A stretch of DNA of 61,758 nt, filler included, from Sphacelaria rigidula (Eukaryota), in NCBI GenBank assembly GCA_964200075.2. It is 11 parts of 11 records of this genome, joined end to end, with 100 filler letters (N's around TTAATTAATTAA, not from the genome) between each part and the next. Parts side by side here need not be neighbours in the genome. Positions count along the whole stretch, not along the records: positions 1 to 5,524 come from CAXNAA020026636.1; positions 5,625 to 11,148 come from CAXNAA020026637.1; positions 11,249 to 16,772 come from CAXNAA020026638.1; 8 more parts are not named here. One strand, 5' to 3'. Of this stretch, positions 1 through 11,428 are shown in pieces. The notes under the pieces are model-generated. The model saw only the letters and a list, made by a program, of their open reading frames with translations. It was not told where the DNA came from and did no database searches. Each line of letters opens with the position of its first letter. The stretch's first letter is position 1. The position numbers and the translations under genes were made by a program.

Positions 1-225
1 CATCACTTGGATCACAAGGAAGGACAAATGCAGCAGCACACACCTACAAACAACAATACAAGAGTCGGTAGAGAGGCGCCAACGCACAAACGGCACACAT
101 GAATCGTTTGGACAACGTCTTCCTCGTCTACTGACGTCAACAAGGCTCCGAAACACCCATTTCGTTTGGATTTTTTTTTTTATCGCCTGACGAGGGGGGA
201 GGAGGGGGGGTCCAGGACTATTTTT

Positions 226-370
226 CACACCCTGGATGATGACGATAGATGAAACTGTCAAATGAATTGTACTGCGACAGTATGGACTCTTGTGTCTACT
301 TCAGTAGACGCAATAGTCAATACTGTATGCAGTACACTTTTTGACAATATAATGTTTTGTCCAGGGTGTA
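226..370. mobile_element. Palindromic MITE, copy 1 (CACACCCTGGA termini)
   Basis: ACACCCTGGA ... TCCAGGGTGT inverted termini; internal arms TGTACTGCGACAGTATGGACT / AGTCAATACTGTATGCAGTACA; related copy at 1035-1169. Confidence 0.7.
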
Positions 371-450
371 TGATGCTTTTCATTACAACAGTGCTGTATG
401 TATATCATGATCTCAGGACAAGCACCACGCATGTGTTTTTTACCCCCTAG

Positions 451-572
451 GTGGCGTGCGGCAGCTTCTCCAGTGCGGCCGTATCCTCGGATGGCGCCCT
501 TTACTGCTGGGGGAAGTGCGATGCGTCTTCGGAGGCTGATCCGGTGTCGGACAAATCTTACCTCCTACCAAG
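451..572 (+). CDS. Internal exon of an RCC1-repeat (beta-propeller) protein
   Basis: ccctag| acceptor and |gtgagt donor; reads VACGSFSSAAVSSDGALYCWGKCDASSEADPVSDKSYLLP(R), fitting the RCC1 repeat pattern VACGxxxSxAxxxDGxLYxWG. Not shown in the ORF track. Confidence 0.85.
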
Positions 573-825
573 GTGAGTGCAGTGTTAACTCTCCAGACGC
601 ACTTGATTTATTCATCTATTGATTGATTGTCGAACTTATGTTGGAGTAATTCAGACGTAGTCATAATATGCATGCATTCAAGGTACAGTGCAGTATATAT
701 AGGAGACTGAAGTAGTCGCCAAGGGACGTAACAAGGTGAAATGGAAAACAGGGTAAGGCGGAAAATAATAGTGAGAAACGCCCCAAACAATAGACTAGAA
801 AAAAGTGGATACGTGGAAGGGGCGG

Positions 826-828
<3 letters not shown>

Positions 829-858
<30 letters not shown>
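829..858. repeat. (TA)n microsatellite
   Basis: About 15 TA units; shorter runs near 1185, 20435 and 31805. Confidence 0.95.
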
Positions 859-859
<1 letters not shown>

Positions 860-1034
860 GGAGAAAAAAGAAAAAGGAAGAATCTAGAAGGAAAATAAAG
901 ATAAGGAAAGAAGAGATGGAGGAAACGAAAGAAAAAAGTACCCAGATAGATCTAGAAGCGGTCCGCATGAAAGGTTCAATGCTGATGGAAAAGAAACGGC
1001 CGTACATATGTGTGTAAATTCACATGTATTCCAT

Positions 1035-1169
1035 CACACCCTGGACAGCAGATGCTATTGTAAAAAATGTACTGCGTACAGTATATCATCTGTTGTCTGT
1101 TGCAATAGGCGCAATTGTCGATACTGTACGCAGTACATGTTTTTACTGTATTTTATTGTCCAGGGTATG
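1035..1169. mobile_element. Palindromic MITE, copy 2, with probable 8-bp TSD (hAT-like)
   Basis: TIR CACACCCTGGACA / TGTCCAGGGTATG; perfect 18-bp internal inverted pair ATGTACTGCGTACAGTAT / ATACTGTACGCAGTACAT; flanks TATTCCAT / TATTCTAC (6/8). Confidence 0.75.
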
Positions 1170-1447
1170 TATTCTACCAAAAAGATATATATATATATAT
1201 ATATTATCCCTCGAAGGAAGGAGGGAACCTGACCCAACACTTGCCCTACAAGCGGGTTCCTGTGCCGTTTACCTGGAGACTCGGCTACACTGCCTCGCGG
1301 CAGTCATGTGGGGTAGGCGCCGCGAGCGTTCGCATGCTTTGCTCAAGGCAGTGTGGGGGGCCGGCCCACTGAAAACCCTCATCAACTTGGCGCAGTGCAC
1401 GCGCCGGCCTTCTCTTATAAGCTTCGGTCCTAGAAGGGGCAACATCC

Positions 1448-1556
1448 TCACAAGTGTCCGTCGAGGACAATCGCCGTTTCACATTGGCGACACCATGAGA
1501 TAGCTCTGTATACTTCATGAACCGATGGTCCCGGGTTCGAATCCGGGCTCTCACCG
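1448..1556 (+). repeat. tRNA-related dispersed repeat (probable SINE segment) with Pol III B box
   Basis: CCCGGGTTCGAATCCGGG T-arm/B box; diverged direct copy at ~5151-5259 lacking the B box; no complete cloverleaf. Confidence 0.5.
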
Positions 1557-4500
1557 AAAAAGTGCTCAAAGAAAAAATCCCTCAAAGTTAAGTTAAGCCG
1601 GCAACAAAAAGTCGAGAGCGTGGGGGGGCGACAAGAAAATCGATGGGTGACTAGCGAGCAGAGTTCGCAAACTCACGAAAAAGTATTCCGCAGAATTTTT
1701 TGGCCGTATCAAGAGTACATTTGTGTCGTTGTTAGTCATTTTCCATGAATCGAAAAATTGTTTGATTTGAACATACCACGTACCGCGGTCGCAAGTAGGA
1801 AATCGTTCCAAGTTTCCATGTGTTGGGCTGAAAGTGTCTGGGTTGATTTTGTCTCTCCCTCTTGCTTCCCCCCCGCCCCATTTCATCGGGACGAGTTCGG
1901 ACTGCCAAGGAGTCAACCCTTACCCTGCCAGTACCTTGGCTGACCTTGCAGAGGTCCAATATGGTTTCACCTCCTGTATTTGTATGTATATAGAGCTCTA
2001 AGCACTCTATCAAGGCATCGTATAAAAAAATGCACCTCCCCCCCCTGTCTGCGTGCCAATCTCTCGTAAACCATCGACCCACCGACCCACCGACCCACCC
2101 AAACTTGATAAATGGAAGTTTACTTATAGCACTCTTGTTGTATTTTGCCATAACCCACGACAGGCGCGTATCCACGACCGCGGGCAAGCCGTACCCCGTG
2201 TATTCGGCCGTTTCGATAGGGGGGTTCCTGGTCATGGGCGTGGCGGACCGGGTCAAGACAGATCCCGTGGTCAAGACAGATCCCGTTCCCCGCACCAAGG
2301 TCCAACGGGAAAGTTCCAGGAAAGGGCGGGTCTTCTTCTAGAGCCACGGGTCGGAAGTTGTCGGAGAGGGGGTAGGGGGAGAATAAGGAAAAAACACAGT
2401 ACGGTTGAACTAGAGGTAGACAAAGGGTGCGGATATTCTGTCGTTTCGGAGTCGTACGGAGCGATCATGTTTTGGACGCAGTTTTTGAAGCCAGAGGGCG
2501 GTACCTACACGTTTCTACCCATTCCCTTTTCTTGTTACTCTCGTGTTTACCTGACACACGAGACACACGCAGTGCATCACGTGGTTTTTCGTCGGTGCGG
2601 TTGAAGTCCCTGTTGGTTGCCTTGCTTGGTTACTCGCATGGGATGAGAACTCAGTCGGTTTTGTTTCGTTTTGATATCTCTCTCTTTCTCTTTCTCTTTC
2701 TCTTTCTCTTGTCTCCCTCCCTTCCTCTTCCTCTTCCTCTTCTCCTTGTTTTCTGTCTTCTTGGGGTGACAGAGAGACAAAAGGATTGGGGGGGGGGCGG
2801 GGGGGGGGATTAGTATTTGTGCCGTATGGTGGTTTGCATTACTTTTGCTGATTTCTGAAGAGGCGAGTTGAGTCAAGTCGTCAGGGGGCAACTAGAAAGA
2901 AAAAAAGGCGACACAAGACAAAACAGCGAAACATCTTTCAGGAGATGTGTCCGTTTGTTCGGTACGTTCGTTATCAAGCCCGCCGAAGAGAGGAAAAGGG
3001 TGTATACTGTTGGGTGGCTAGGAAACGCTATTTATTATGGAAGATTTTGCGGGTGGGTTGTGCGCTGTGGCTCCTGTGTTATCGGTCCCTTTTGAGTGTG
3101 TACATGCCTCCCTAGTGATACCTTGCTTGAGGCGGAGTACAAGTCGTGCTGGGTGTGCATGTCTGTGTGCGTTTGTATTTTTTCGCCGGACCCGCACACA
3201 TATGTATATCATGTAGTACATTTATGACATGCAGGAATTTTAGCAAATTGATGTAAGGGTGGATAAGTACATGGACCACCCCCGTTCATACCCCGGTACT
3301 AACTCACGTTGAATGAACTCCTTATTTTACATCGAAAATTGCAACTCAACATAAGCGAGAGAGTTTTTTCGGTCATGTGTATGCATGTGATGCATGTGTG
3401 TCTTCCTTCAGGCGCTAATTTTGTTTTTGCGATTTCTCTACCACCCCTCCGCCCCCGCCTTTCTCCGCCGTGTGAAATCAGAGGTTGAGTCAGCCGAGTT
3501 CATATTTCTTGGGGGAGTGTTTTTTTTTGTCTGCCTTACTCCTTTCTTGGGGAGATGGAGGGGAAATTTTAAAAATTGAGTTCTGCTTTTGTTGGTTGAT
3601 GGTTTACACATGGCAAAGCGATTTGGGGGAGGGGAGGACGGGGAAAGGGGGGAAGAGAAGGTTTCCTTTTCATAATAATTTCCTCCGTCCCCTTGGAAGA
3701 GGCTCCCTCGTCCCTTTACAATATTATTAAGTATGAGTTGTCTGTATCATTGCGCTACAAAATGTAGAGGGTGTTGAGATAGCAACGCTCAATGTAAGAG
3801 TGTTGATATATGTATACCTTATCCAAATGCGATGTATGTGCGTGTTGTTTCCTGAGGGCGAGCGGTTGGGGGTAGGGGGTAGAGGGTACCCGTGGTGACC
3901 TAGGGCGTACGGGGTGGGGTACCCATGGTGAACTGGAGGGGGATACTAGCTTACACTTCGCTTGCACTAAAGCACAGTAGCCAAAGCCAGTGGGGGTGTG
4001 GGTTGTCACGGGTTTTGGTGCTGTCGTGCATGCAGCTGCAATCCTGGTGTGTCCTTGTGTACAAGACCATCATCATCATCATACTGTACTGTGGCCAATT
4101 TTTGTCACATTCCCTTGAAGAATGTATCGAAATAACTGTTCCGCGAGGATAGTCATTCAGCAGCATTTGTTCAGCAAGGAGCGGTGACGAGTCGTTTGAA
4201 CCCAGGCTGAGTTAGTCACTCGGGTTACTCTGGACGATTCGAGCGGAGGGGAAAGGGGGTTGGGCGCCTTTCGCGGGGTCCGTGGATAGCAACGAAGTCT
4301 GAGTGTCTTGGATCTGCTTCGCTCGGCTGTGTGTGTTGGCTTATGTCACGGCCACAGGTTTAAATCTGCTTGTCGTTCGGTCTTCTCTTTCTTCTCCCGC
4401 AAAACCATGGATTATTTTCCGTTCTCAAGTCGTGAATAGGTCAGGATCATTGAAGCACACTATACTCTAATGGGTACGTAGTTGTTGGTTGTGTGTGTCG

Positions 4501-5524
4501 TATATTCGTGCGCGTGTTCGGTGTTCGGTGTTCGGTGTTCGGTGTTTCTGTTCGTGTTCCATCTTATTTTTTTCCGTTTTTTGCTTAGATTCGTACGGTG
4601 CGTGTGAAATGAGTCCTTCGCTGTGCTTCGTGGTGTCCTCGTCTTTTCTTTATCTTAATCACAGCCTTTTGTTCTCTGGGCAAGTACTCCTTTCGGGAGG
4701 GGAGAAGAAGTAGATTAGAGTGCGGAGAGGGGGGGGGGGGGCTTTTACTAACAGTGTGCTTGCTGTTTAGCTCGTTCGTTTCCGTTTTCCCTCATTTTTC
4801 CCACTTTTTCTTCGCTTTTTATTGTGTTTCGCAAGGGGACGGGGGCGCCCGTATCATCTTCCCCTGCAAAACAAATAGGCGCATAGCCATCGTAAAAGGG
4901 TGTTGCAGTGTTGGGTATTGGTGCCATGTTGGCAGCTTGCCAGGGGGAGAGAAGAAAAATTTGGGGGCTTGTACTGTTCCAAGTGTGTAATCCGTATTGA
5001 AGTATGACACATGTGTTGTTTTTTCCTGACCTGCTGGGGATCGTAGGTGACGGTGTCTGTTTTACTTCGGTCCGTTTTCGTTCTAATTTGTTCTATTCTG
5101 CTGTTTCTTCTTGTGTGTTGTGGATACCATCACATGGACAGGAACGATTTCCACACGTGTCTGTAGAGGAGAATCACCTCTTCACACTGGCGACACCATC
5201 AAAAGATTTATTTGTACGCTTCATGAACAGAAGGTCCCGGCAATCCCGGCGCTCACCGATGTGACCAATAATACTCCCGCGAAGTAAGCCCCTTCGCCGC
5301 GAGGGGGCGGGTAGCCCATCTGGGTCATTCATACTTTTTTCAAGTGAAATATATGTCGATTAAACAGATGACCTGTGCCCCTTGTCAAAGGGTTACGGGG
5401 GCAACCTGATTGTTTGAGTGATTGATTGTCGCACTTTAACTGACCCCCCCCCCCCCCCCCCCCCCCCGCCCCCACCCCGCCCGCGCTCACGGCCCCGCGG
5501 CCGCCGAGAGGACAAGCAAAGAAA

Positions 5525-5624
5525 NNNNNNNNNNNNNNNNNNNNNNNNNNNNNNNNNNNNNNNNNNNNTTAATTAATTAANNNNNNNNNNNNNNNNNNNN
5601 NNNNNNNNNNNNNNNNNNNNNNNN
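5525..5624. other. Artificial contig-joining linker (N44-TTAATTAATTAA-N44); first of ten
   Basis: Same 100-bp linker at 5525-5624, 11149-11248, 16773-16872, 22397-22496, 28021-28120, 33644-33743, 39267-39366, 44890-44989, 50513-50612, 56136-56235. Segments between are 5524 x5 then 5523 x6, summing with linkers to 61758. TTAATTAATTAA gives stops in all six frames. A separate 10-N gap lies at 25750-25759. Confidence 0.98.
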
Positions 5625-6476
5625 CCCCCTTCTTGTGGGGGTGCGGCGTGGGGATTAGCCGTGTCCAACCTGCCCTAATTTCACCCCCCCCCCCCCCCCC
5701 CCCCCCCCCCCACACGCCTGCCCTGTTTACAGGGCTTCCCCAAATACAAGATATTTGTACATATACGTGTGCATGTACCTTGCACTTGTGAGGAACAGTG
5801 AGTATCATAACCGCAAAATCAGAGCGTCCCCTTTGTATACCTCAGCGTTCGCTCTTTCGAAAATGATTTTAGTCTTTGATCACCTATTCTCCCGTATCAC
5901 CTGTGCCCTGTGCCCCGCTGTTGCTGTGAGTAAGACTTATGCCTATAGCGGCAGCGGCATCTCGGCGGGGATTTTGTCCTTGTTGGCGTTTTTTCTCGGC
6001 GGAAGAGTAGTTGTCATGAAAGTGACGTAGCGGGCCGAGGTACGAAATGTGAAATTAAGTTATGTATTTTCTCAAGATTTTTTTTTTTTTTTTATAGACT
6101 TCGGCTGGCTCTGAAGTCTGGCTCTAATCGTAAGAATAGTCGTGTACAAAATCACTCTCAAAGGGCCGCCTTGATATATGCAATCAGAGTCGAATGCGCA
6201 TGTGTGTGGTTGTAGTTCATGCATGGAGATCCATCTTTGTGCACCACTAGAGGGAGGACTGCACCACTAGAGAGGGCAAGAGCAATTAGAAGGTGGGCCT
6301 GTGTTTACTCTGTATCATGTTGCTCCAAATACACGCACACAATTATCGTTGTCCACATGCGCACGGGCCCCTCTTCCTGTTTCTCCGACATGTATAACTG
6401 TACAACACCGCTTGATAAAATGAACCCGTGTCGTTTCTTCCACGTGCCTAACTTTCATACGATGACACGATGACAG

Positions 6477-8367
6477 GATAAAGGCCCCAGACAAGCTGCG
6501 GTTGGCAATGCTGTACGCTTTGCGATACGAGGAGACGGGAAACATCCGCGCCGTAAAATCTCGCCTTCTTGAGTCGGGAATCAGCCCGGAAAAGGTTGAT
6601 CTTTTGGATGCTTTGCTGCAGTATGCCGGTGAGAGAAGCTCTTGCCTTGATGGGCGCTCATGTCACAGTGGTGACGCTTTCGACACTGTCTGCTTGAAGA
6701 ACAAGGGCATGTATAACGCGACGCAGACGACATATGATGATATCGCAAGCCGCTGATTTAGTGGATGTTCTTGTTCGTTACTGTGCGGAGATGACACGAT
6801 TCCCCCGAGTTTGTTTTTCAACCCCTCGACCGCGTAACGGTTGGGACCTTGACTGAGGCGTTCAGTCGTTTGTCTCATGGACAATGATATCCGAATTGTG
6901 ACGCGCAATCACACATATCTGCTGAGCCGCTCGCTTAAGTTGGCGCCCTCGTACTGCACAGGAAACTCCTCACGAGGACCGGGGCTTTACGGACAAGATA
7001 ACCTCATGGCGAAGCTGGGAAAGACGATCACGACTACGCTTCAGGTGGGAGCCACCGCTCATCAAGTACTCGTAGGCATTGAACCTGCATAGCCCCAGTA
7101 TTGATAGTGTCAGTTCGTTCAAGTGTCGCGTTCAAGGTTGTCGGCTGCTTCACTTCGATGGATCCAATTCATGTTGCAGCAAAAATGCCTACCGCGTCTC
7201 GTGGAAATGGTGGGAATCTCCGTCACCAATGGCAATGCCACTACCCTGTTGGCAAGAATGGCTGGCCGCCAAAATCCCGTGGAGTTGGCCTGCAATGCTG
7301 CACGGGCAAACGTGAACTCGTTGCCGTGTGTCGTTGTCTTTTTTATGGTGAGGCACGATGGCCAAACACACTCATGATCCCGTTGCTGCGTTTTCAAGTG
7401 CGATACGCTGATGATGCCTGTGCACGGGCAATGCCTCGCCCGCCTTGGCGGTCGTTGACAGTTTCAAGCAACAGAGGTTTGTTTCTGGGGTCTCATTCAA
7501 TCATTTATGGCGATTAGTCATTGTGCAATCCTATCAGCAGCCGCTGGTAACACCGGCAGCATCGGCCACAGTCGCTGTCGAGCAAGTTTTTGTCGAGCCG
7601 CACATACTTTTGTTGGCTTTATTTCACACGAGCAGGGAGTCGAGAACGTGTACGCTCAGCATGCGCCGCTGATGATGACGACACTGGAAGCTGCTCTCAA
7701 GGGTAAACTCAAGGACAGTGCCTTCCCGGCCGTTGGAGCACCGAGTGGCAGGACACAGGAGGTGAACGCCACCCGTTCCAGACGGTGTTGGAAACCGCAA
7801 TGCATCGTATTCTGTACATGACGGGCAATGTTGACCATATCACTGTCGTGTTTGATGTTGGTTTTTGGTCGATGGTGTCGACTGTTCTCCCTAGAGTTGT
7901 ACTGTCGTGTGCTCACCGCGAGGTACATCAGCGTCTCTCGTGAAAGTTTATTTGATGCTCGGTATTTTGCATCCATGTCCCCCCACAAGTAATCGGCGTG
8001 TTCAGCAAAGTTATTTCGCAGAATTGTTGAAGAGCACTCTCCGAAAAGCCCTCAAAAACTGCACCGAAACCTCCCGCTGGATGGCTTTATTCCCATCTGT
8101 ACTGCGTCTTTATTCACGCATGGTTTCCCTAATGATCCCTGCCCGGTGTGTGTCCCATGCATCATATTCTCTCAGATCATCGTGTTTATGGTGGGAGGAG
8201 TGACATACGAGGAAGCGTGCAAGGTTGCCGAGCTGAACGCGACGTTGCAGTCAGGCAATGTGGTGTTGGGCGGGTCATTTGTTCACAACTCAACGTCGTT
8301 TTTAGAGGAGCTGAACTTGAGCTTCGGACCAGCGAATATGGAGCGTGGGCTTGGAGCGTTTAGATGA
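6477..8367 (+). CDS. VPS45: Vacuolar protein sorting 45 (Sec1/Munc18 family), last four coding exons
   Basis: Exons 6477-6628, 6962-7044, 7636-7761, 8176-8367 have GT-AG boundaries and join in frame. Motifs DKLRLAMLYALRYE, GVENVYAQHAPL, IIVFMVGGVTYEEA and VVLGGSFVHNSTSFLEEL are typical of VPS45. Stop TGA at 8365-8367. Confidence 0.93.
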
Positions 8368-10330
8368 TCTCGTCATGCTTTGTTTCTCCCTTTTTCCCTC
8401 CCCCATTCCCTTTACCACGTGTACATTATGCCATTTGCCGTTTTGAATCGTAGTGCTGCGATTGTATCGTGTATATGACCCAGCACGGCGATATTCTGTC
8501 GTTGTACGAAGTTCCGTAGGCGTTGTAAACCACGTTTCGTATCTCAGGAGCATGTTTCATGGATGCCGCGGTTGTTGGCTTGTTCTCGATATAAGCGTCT
8601 GGCGTCCTTCGCTTGCCAAGTACGCGCTGTTGTGAGTTGTTTGGTCATTGTGGTGAACGTGCCATCTTGAAGGAATGGAGAGAGCTGATGGGGATACGTC
8701 GTTCAGTATTCCCCCTCTGTCAAAAATGCTGCGGAAAAGAGGACCGGGGGATTACTCGGTATTGTAGCGTGTAGATTTTCAGTTGTTTAGTTCACATATT
8801 TTCGCGTTTCTCCTGCCAATCGAGAATGGTTGTGCCCGTTCATACCGTGCCACAAATAATGGGATAGTGTTTTGTCTGTAGTTCTTGAGTAAAGTAAAGA
8901 GGGCCACGCTTTTTTTTTACACTTGACAAATGGCTGAAATATGCATATGGTGTTTGGTTAACAAGTCGACTGCGACCAACCCGCAGATGACTTCGGATGA
9001 TCTACGGCACATATAGGGACAGCTGTTTTTTCGAAATACATGTTTTGTCATGAACATACGGATGTTGAGTACATGTATTGGAATCAGTGCTAGAGAATCC
9101 CTGACCGGTTACAAGACACAAATCACGTGCTTGTATACTTCCTCTGTTCCTGGGCACTTGCGGGCGTTCAATCGCTTGGGTACTTCAACGTTGACGATCA
9201 TCCTATGGTTGGGTTTGTAGGAGAGGTGGAGCGCAGACGAAGCCGATGAAAAAAACAACTTGTTTTCATTACAAAAAGTATGTCGAATATACCTCATTTT
9301 GACCGTTTTTGATCCATATATACCCCATCATTGACCGATTTTGAACATTCTCACGTTGAGCACTAGCAATTACATGCTAACAAGGTGTCGGATGGGGTGT
9401 GTGTAGGTTAACATCGCGGACATGTCCAAAACAAAATCGATGGTGGTTCCGCGATTTTCACATTTTCTGGCCCATTTTTCGCGATTTTTCGTGTTCCCGG
9501 GTCTCTCACGCAATCCTGGGAAAACGAGCGAAACATGGACGTTCATGGACCGACCTACTTTTTCTCGGCCGCGAGGCTGCATGGGCCAAGCACCCACGTT
9601 GTAGAATGTTGGTTTTAGCTAAAAAAACGCCGACGAATGCGATGAAAAGATCGAAAATTAAATTCCACGCCGTTAAGGGCTCGTACAACCATAAGTGCCC
9701 AGACTCACGAGGCAGAGGAAATATATATCTTCGCTGAGATGTTTTCGTGGGGCATATGATTTGAAGCTTTGCAAGTGGCCCACCGTGGCAGCCACCACTG
9801 CTGCGATATATACCAACAAAATGCATCTTTTACCTGTGCTTTCGCAGCAGTCCTGGCACTTTCGGAGCAGGGCTGGCACAGGCACACCTCTAGCATGTTT
9901 CGATCTTGCGCGAATGTCGTATCGTCCACAACTATACTTCTTGTTCCTCTGTCTGTACTGCTGCTGCTGCTGCTTCACCGTAGACGCGATTTTTTGCCAT
10001 CAGTGGCTGAACACATCGCTGTGAAATAGTCAGCGTGCCATCGCTTAGTTTCCACTGAGTACAGTCTACTGGTGCTGCACTATCAGATTTCTCTGCTTGG
10101 TGTTCCGCGACAGCGCTACGGACAGTGCGAAGATATGTTGACATAGGCGAGGCTTGGCAGGGGACAAAAAATACGAGCAGGGCGAAAAAATCCCGTCATT
10201 GCCATATTCTCCGTAGTTGACTGGTCGTTACCCAAATGGTCAAATATAGCTTTGCCGCGAGGCAAGTCATCTGCAGGGGAACGAAGTGGCCATTTTGACC
10301 GATCACAACCGTCACACTGGTCACAACCGA

Positions 10331-10594
10331 CACTTTCTGCGATAGCCCCCCCCCCCAAAAAAAGAAAAAGTGGCTGGTTTGAGGAAGCAACATCTACAAT
10401 TTAATCGAACTGAAAAAAGCCGAGCACAATGAGCAGCTGGGAATTCCCACGCTTGGGTTCGTTCTAGCCAATGTCGCCTAGATGAAGCGCTTCATGCAGC
10501 CTGAAACCAGACATGAGGCGCTGTATGACCTTTTTCTTCGTAGCAGTTTTAAGCTGGTTTGGAGAGGGGGTAGGGGGGGCTATCGCATATAGTG
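10331..10594. mobile_element. MITE with ~22-bp TIRs
   Basis: CACTTTCTGCGATAGCCCCCCC ... GGGGGGGCTATCGCATATAGTG, followed by TA on the right. Confidence 0.7.
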
Positions 10595-10629
10595 TAAACC
10601 CTTCTTGCACCTTGTGCCTGGCTTAGAAC

Positions 10630-10961
10630 CAGTGTTGAGAATCGAACGGAGTAGAAAGTTCGATATCTGTCAGATTATTTAAAATATCGACGAAGAAAAG
10701 TCGACATCGATATTTTTATTGATATTCGGAAAATGGCCAAACAACCGGTTTTCTGGTTTTCTGGGCTTTTTATGCTGTTTTTGAAGGGTCATTTTCGCAA
10801 GAAAGGGGGGGGGAAGACTGTACTTGGTGAGCGGGCGGGGCCCCCGAGAGAGCCAGTTTGCGTATCGGAAGTATCGTCATACCAGCCCACGATTCCAATA
10901 CTGAGAATTGCCGAAAATCGCGATCGATAATCGATATCTCGATACTCGATTCTCAACACTG
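10630..10961. mobile_element. hAT-type MITE (332 bp)
   Basis: Perfect 16-bp TIR CAGTGTTGAGAATCGA / TCGATTCTCAACACTG; flanks CTTAGAAC / CTTA-AAC fit an 8-bp TSD with one deletion; subterminal ATCGAT/GATATC motifs. Confidence 0.85.
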
Positions 10962-11070
10962 CTTAAACTATCCCGCGGGAAATTTCCTCACACACAAGGT
11001 TGACTTACTGAGCTGTCCGGTTGTTTTGCGAACAGGGAACGCCCCTCTCCCCCTCCCCTCCCCCCCCGTT

Positions 11071-11148
11071 AAATGCTCCGTCTCGAAAGGGATGCGTGGT
11101 CAATGGTCAAACGACTAAGGCAAGCAACAAATGGGTACGCCCCCCCCC
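11071..11148 (+). repeat. ~75-bp poly-C-flanked dispersed repeat, copy 1
   Basis: AAATGCTCCGTCTCGAAAGGGATGCGTGGTCAATGGTCAAACGACTAAGGCAAGCAACAAATGGGTACG-polyC; six copies in the window. Confidence 0.9.
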
Positions 11149-11369
11149 NNNNNNNNNNNNNNNNNNNNNNNNNNNNNNNNNNNNNNNNNNNNTTAATTAA
11201 TTAANNNNNNNNNNNNNNNNNNNNNNNNNNNNNNNNNNNNNNNNNNNNTCCACGCAACAGCGATCATGAGCGAGTAATCATGTCCCCCTCTGTAGGCCGC
11301 CCGTTGGAACTATTCCTGGCAACATTGACCCCACGGAAGCGCTTCCGAGCGAAACTAAATCCGAAAAAT

Positions 11370-11428
11370 ATCCCGGGGAGCGGTGGATTCTCATTTCAAA
11401 ATACCTTCTCATTTTTCTGGCAACCCTG
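11370..11428. repeat. Probable DNA-transposon terminus ending CTGGCAACCCTG
   Basis: ~60 bp nearly identical to 39373-39431; similarity stops just after ...CTGGCAACCCTG (reverse complement CAGGGTTGCCAG, TIR-like). Confidence 0.6.

Noticed and set aside
795..1240. ORFs containing YIYIYI runs
   Set aside because: They are translations of (TA)n microsatellites.
1500..1556. Functional tRNA gene
   Set aside because: Only the T-arm is convincing; there is no D-arm or acceptor pairing, and a decayed copy lies at ~5200.
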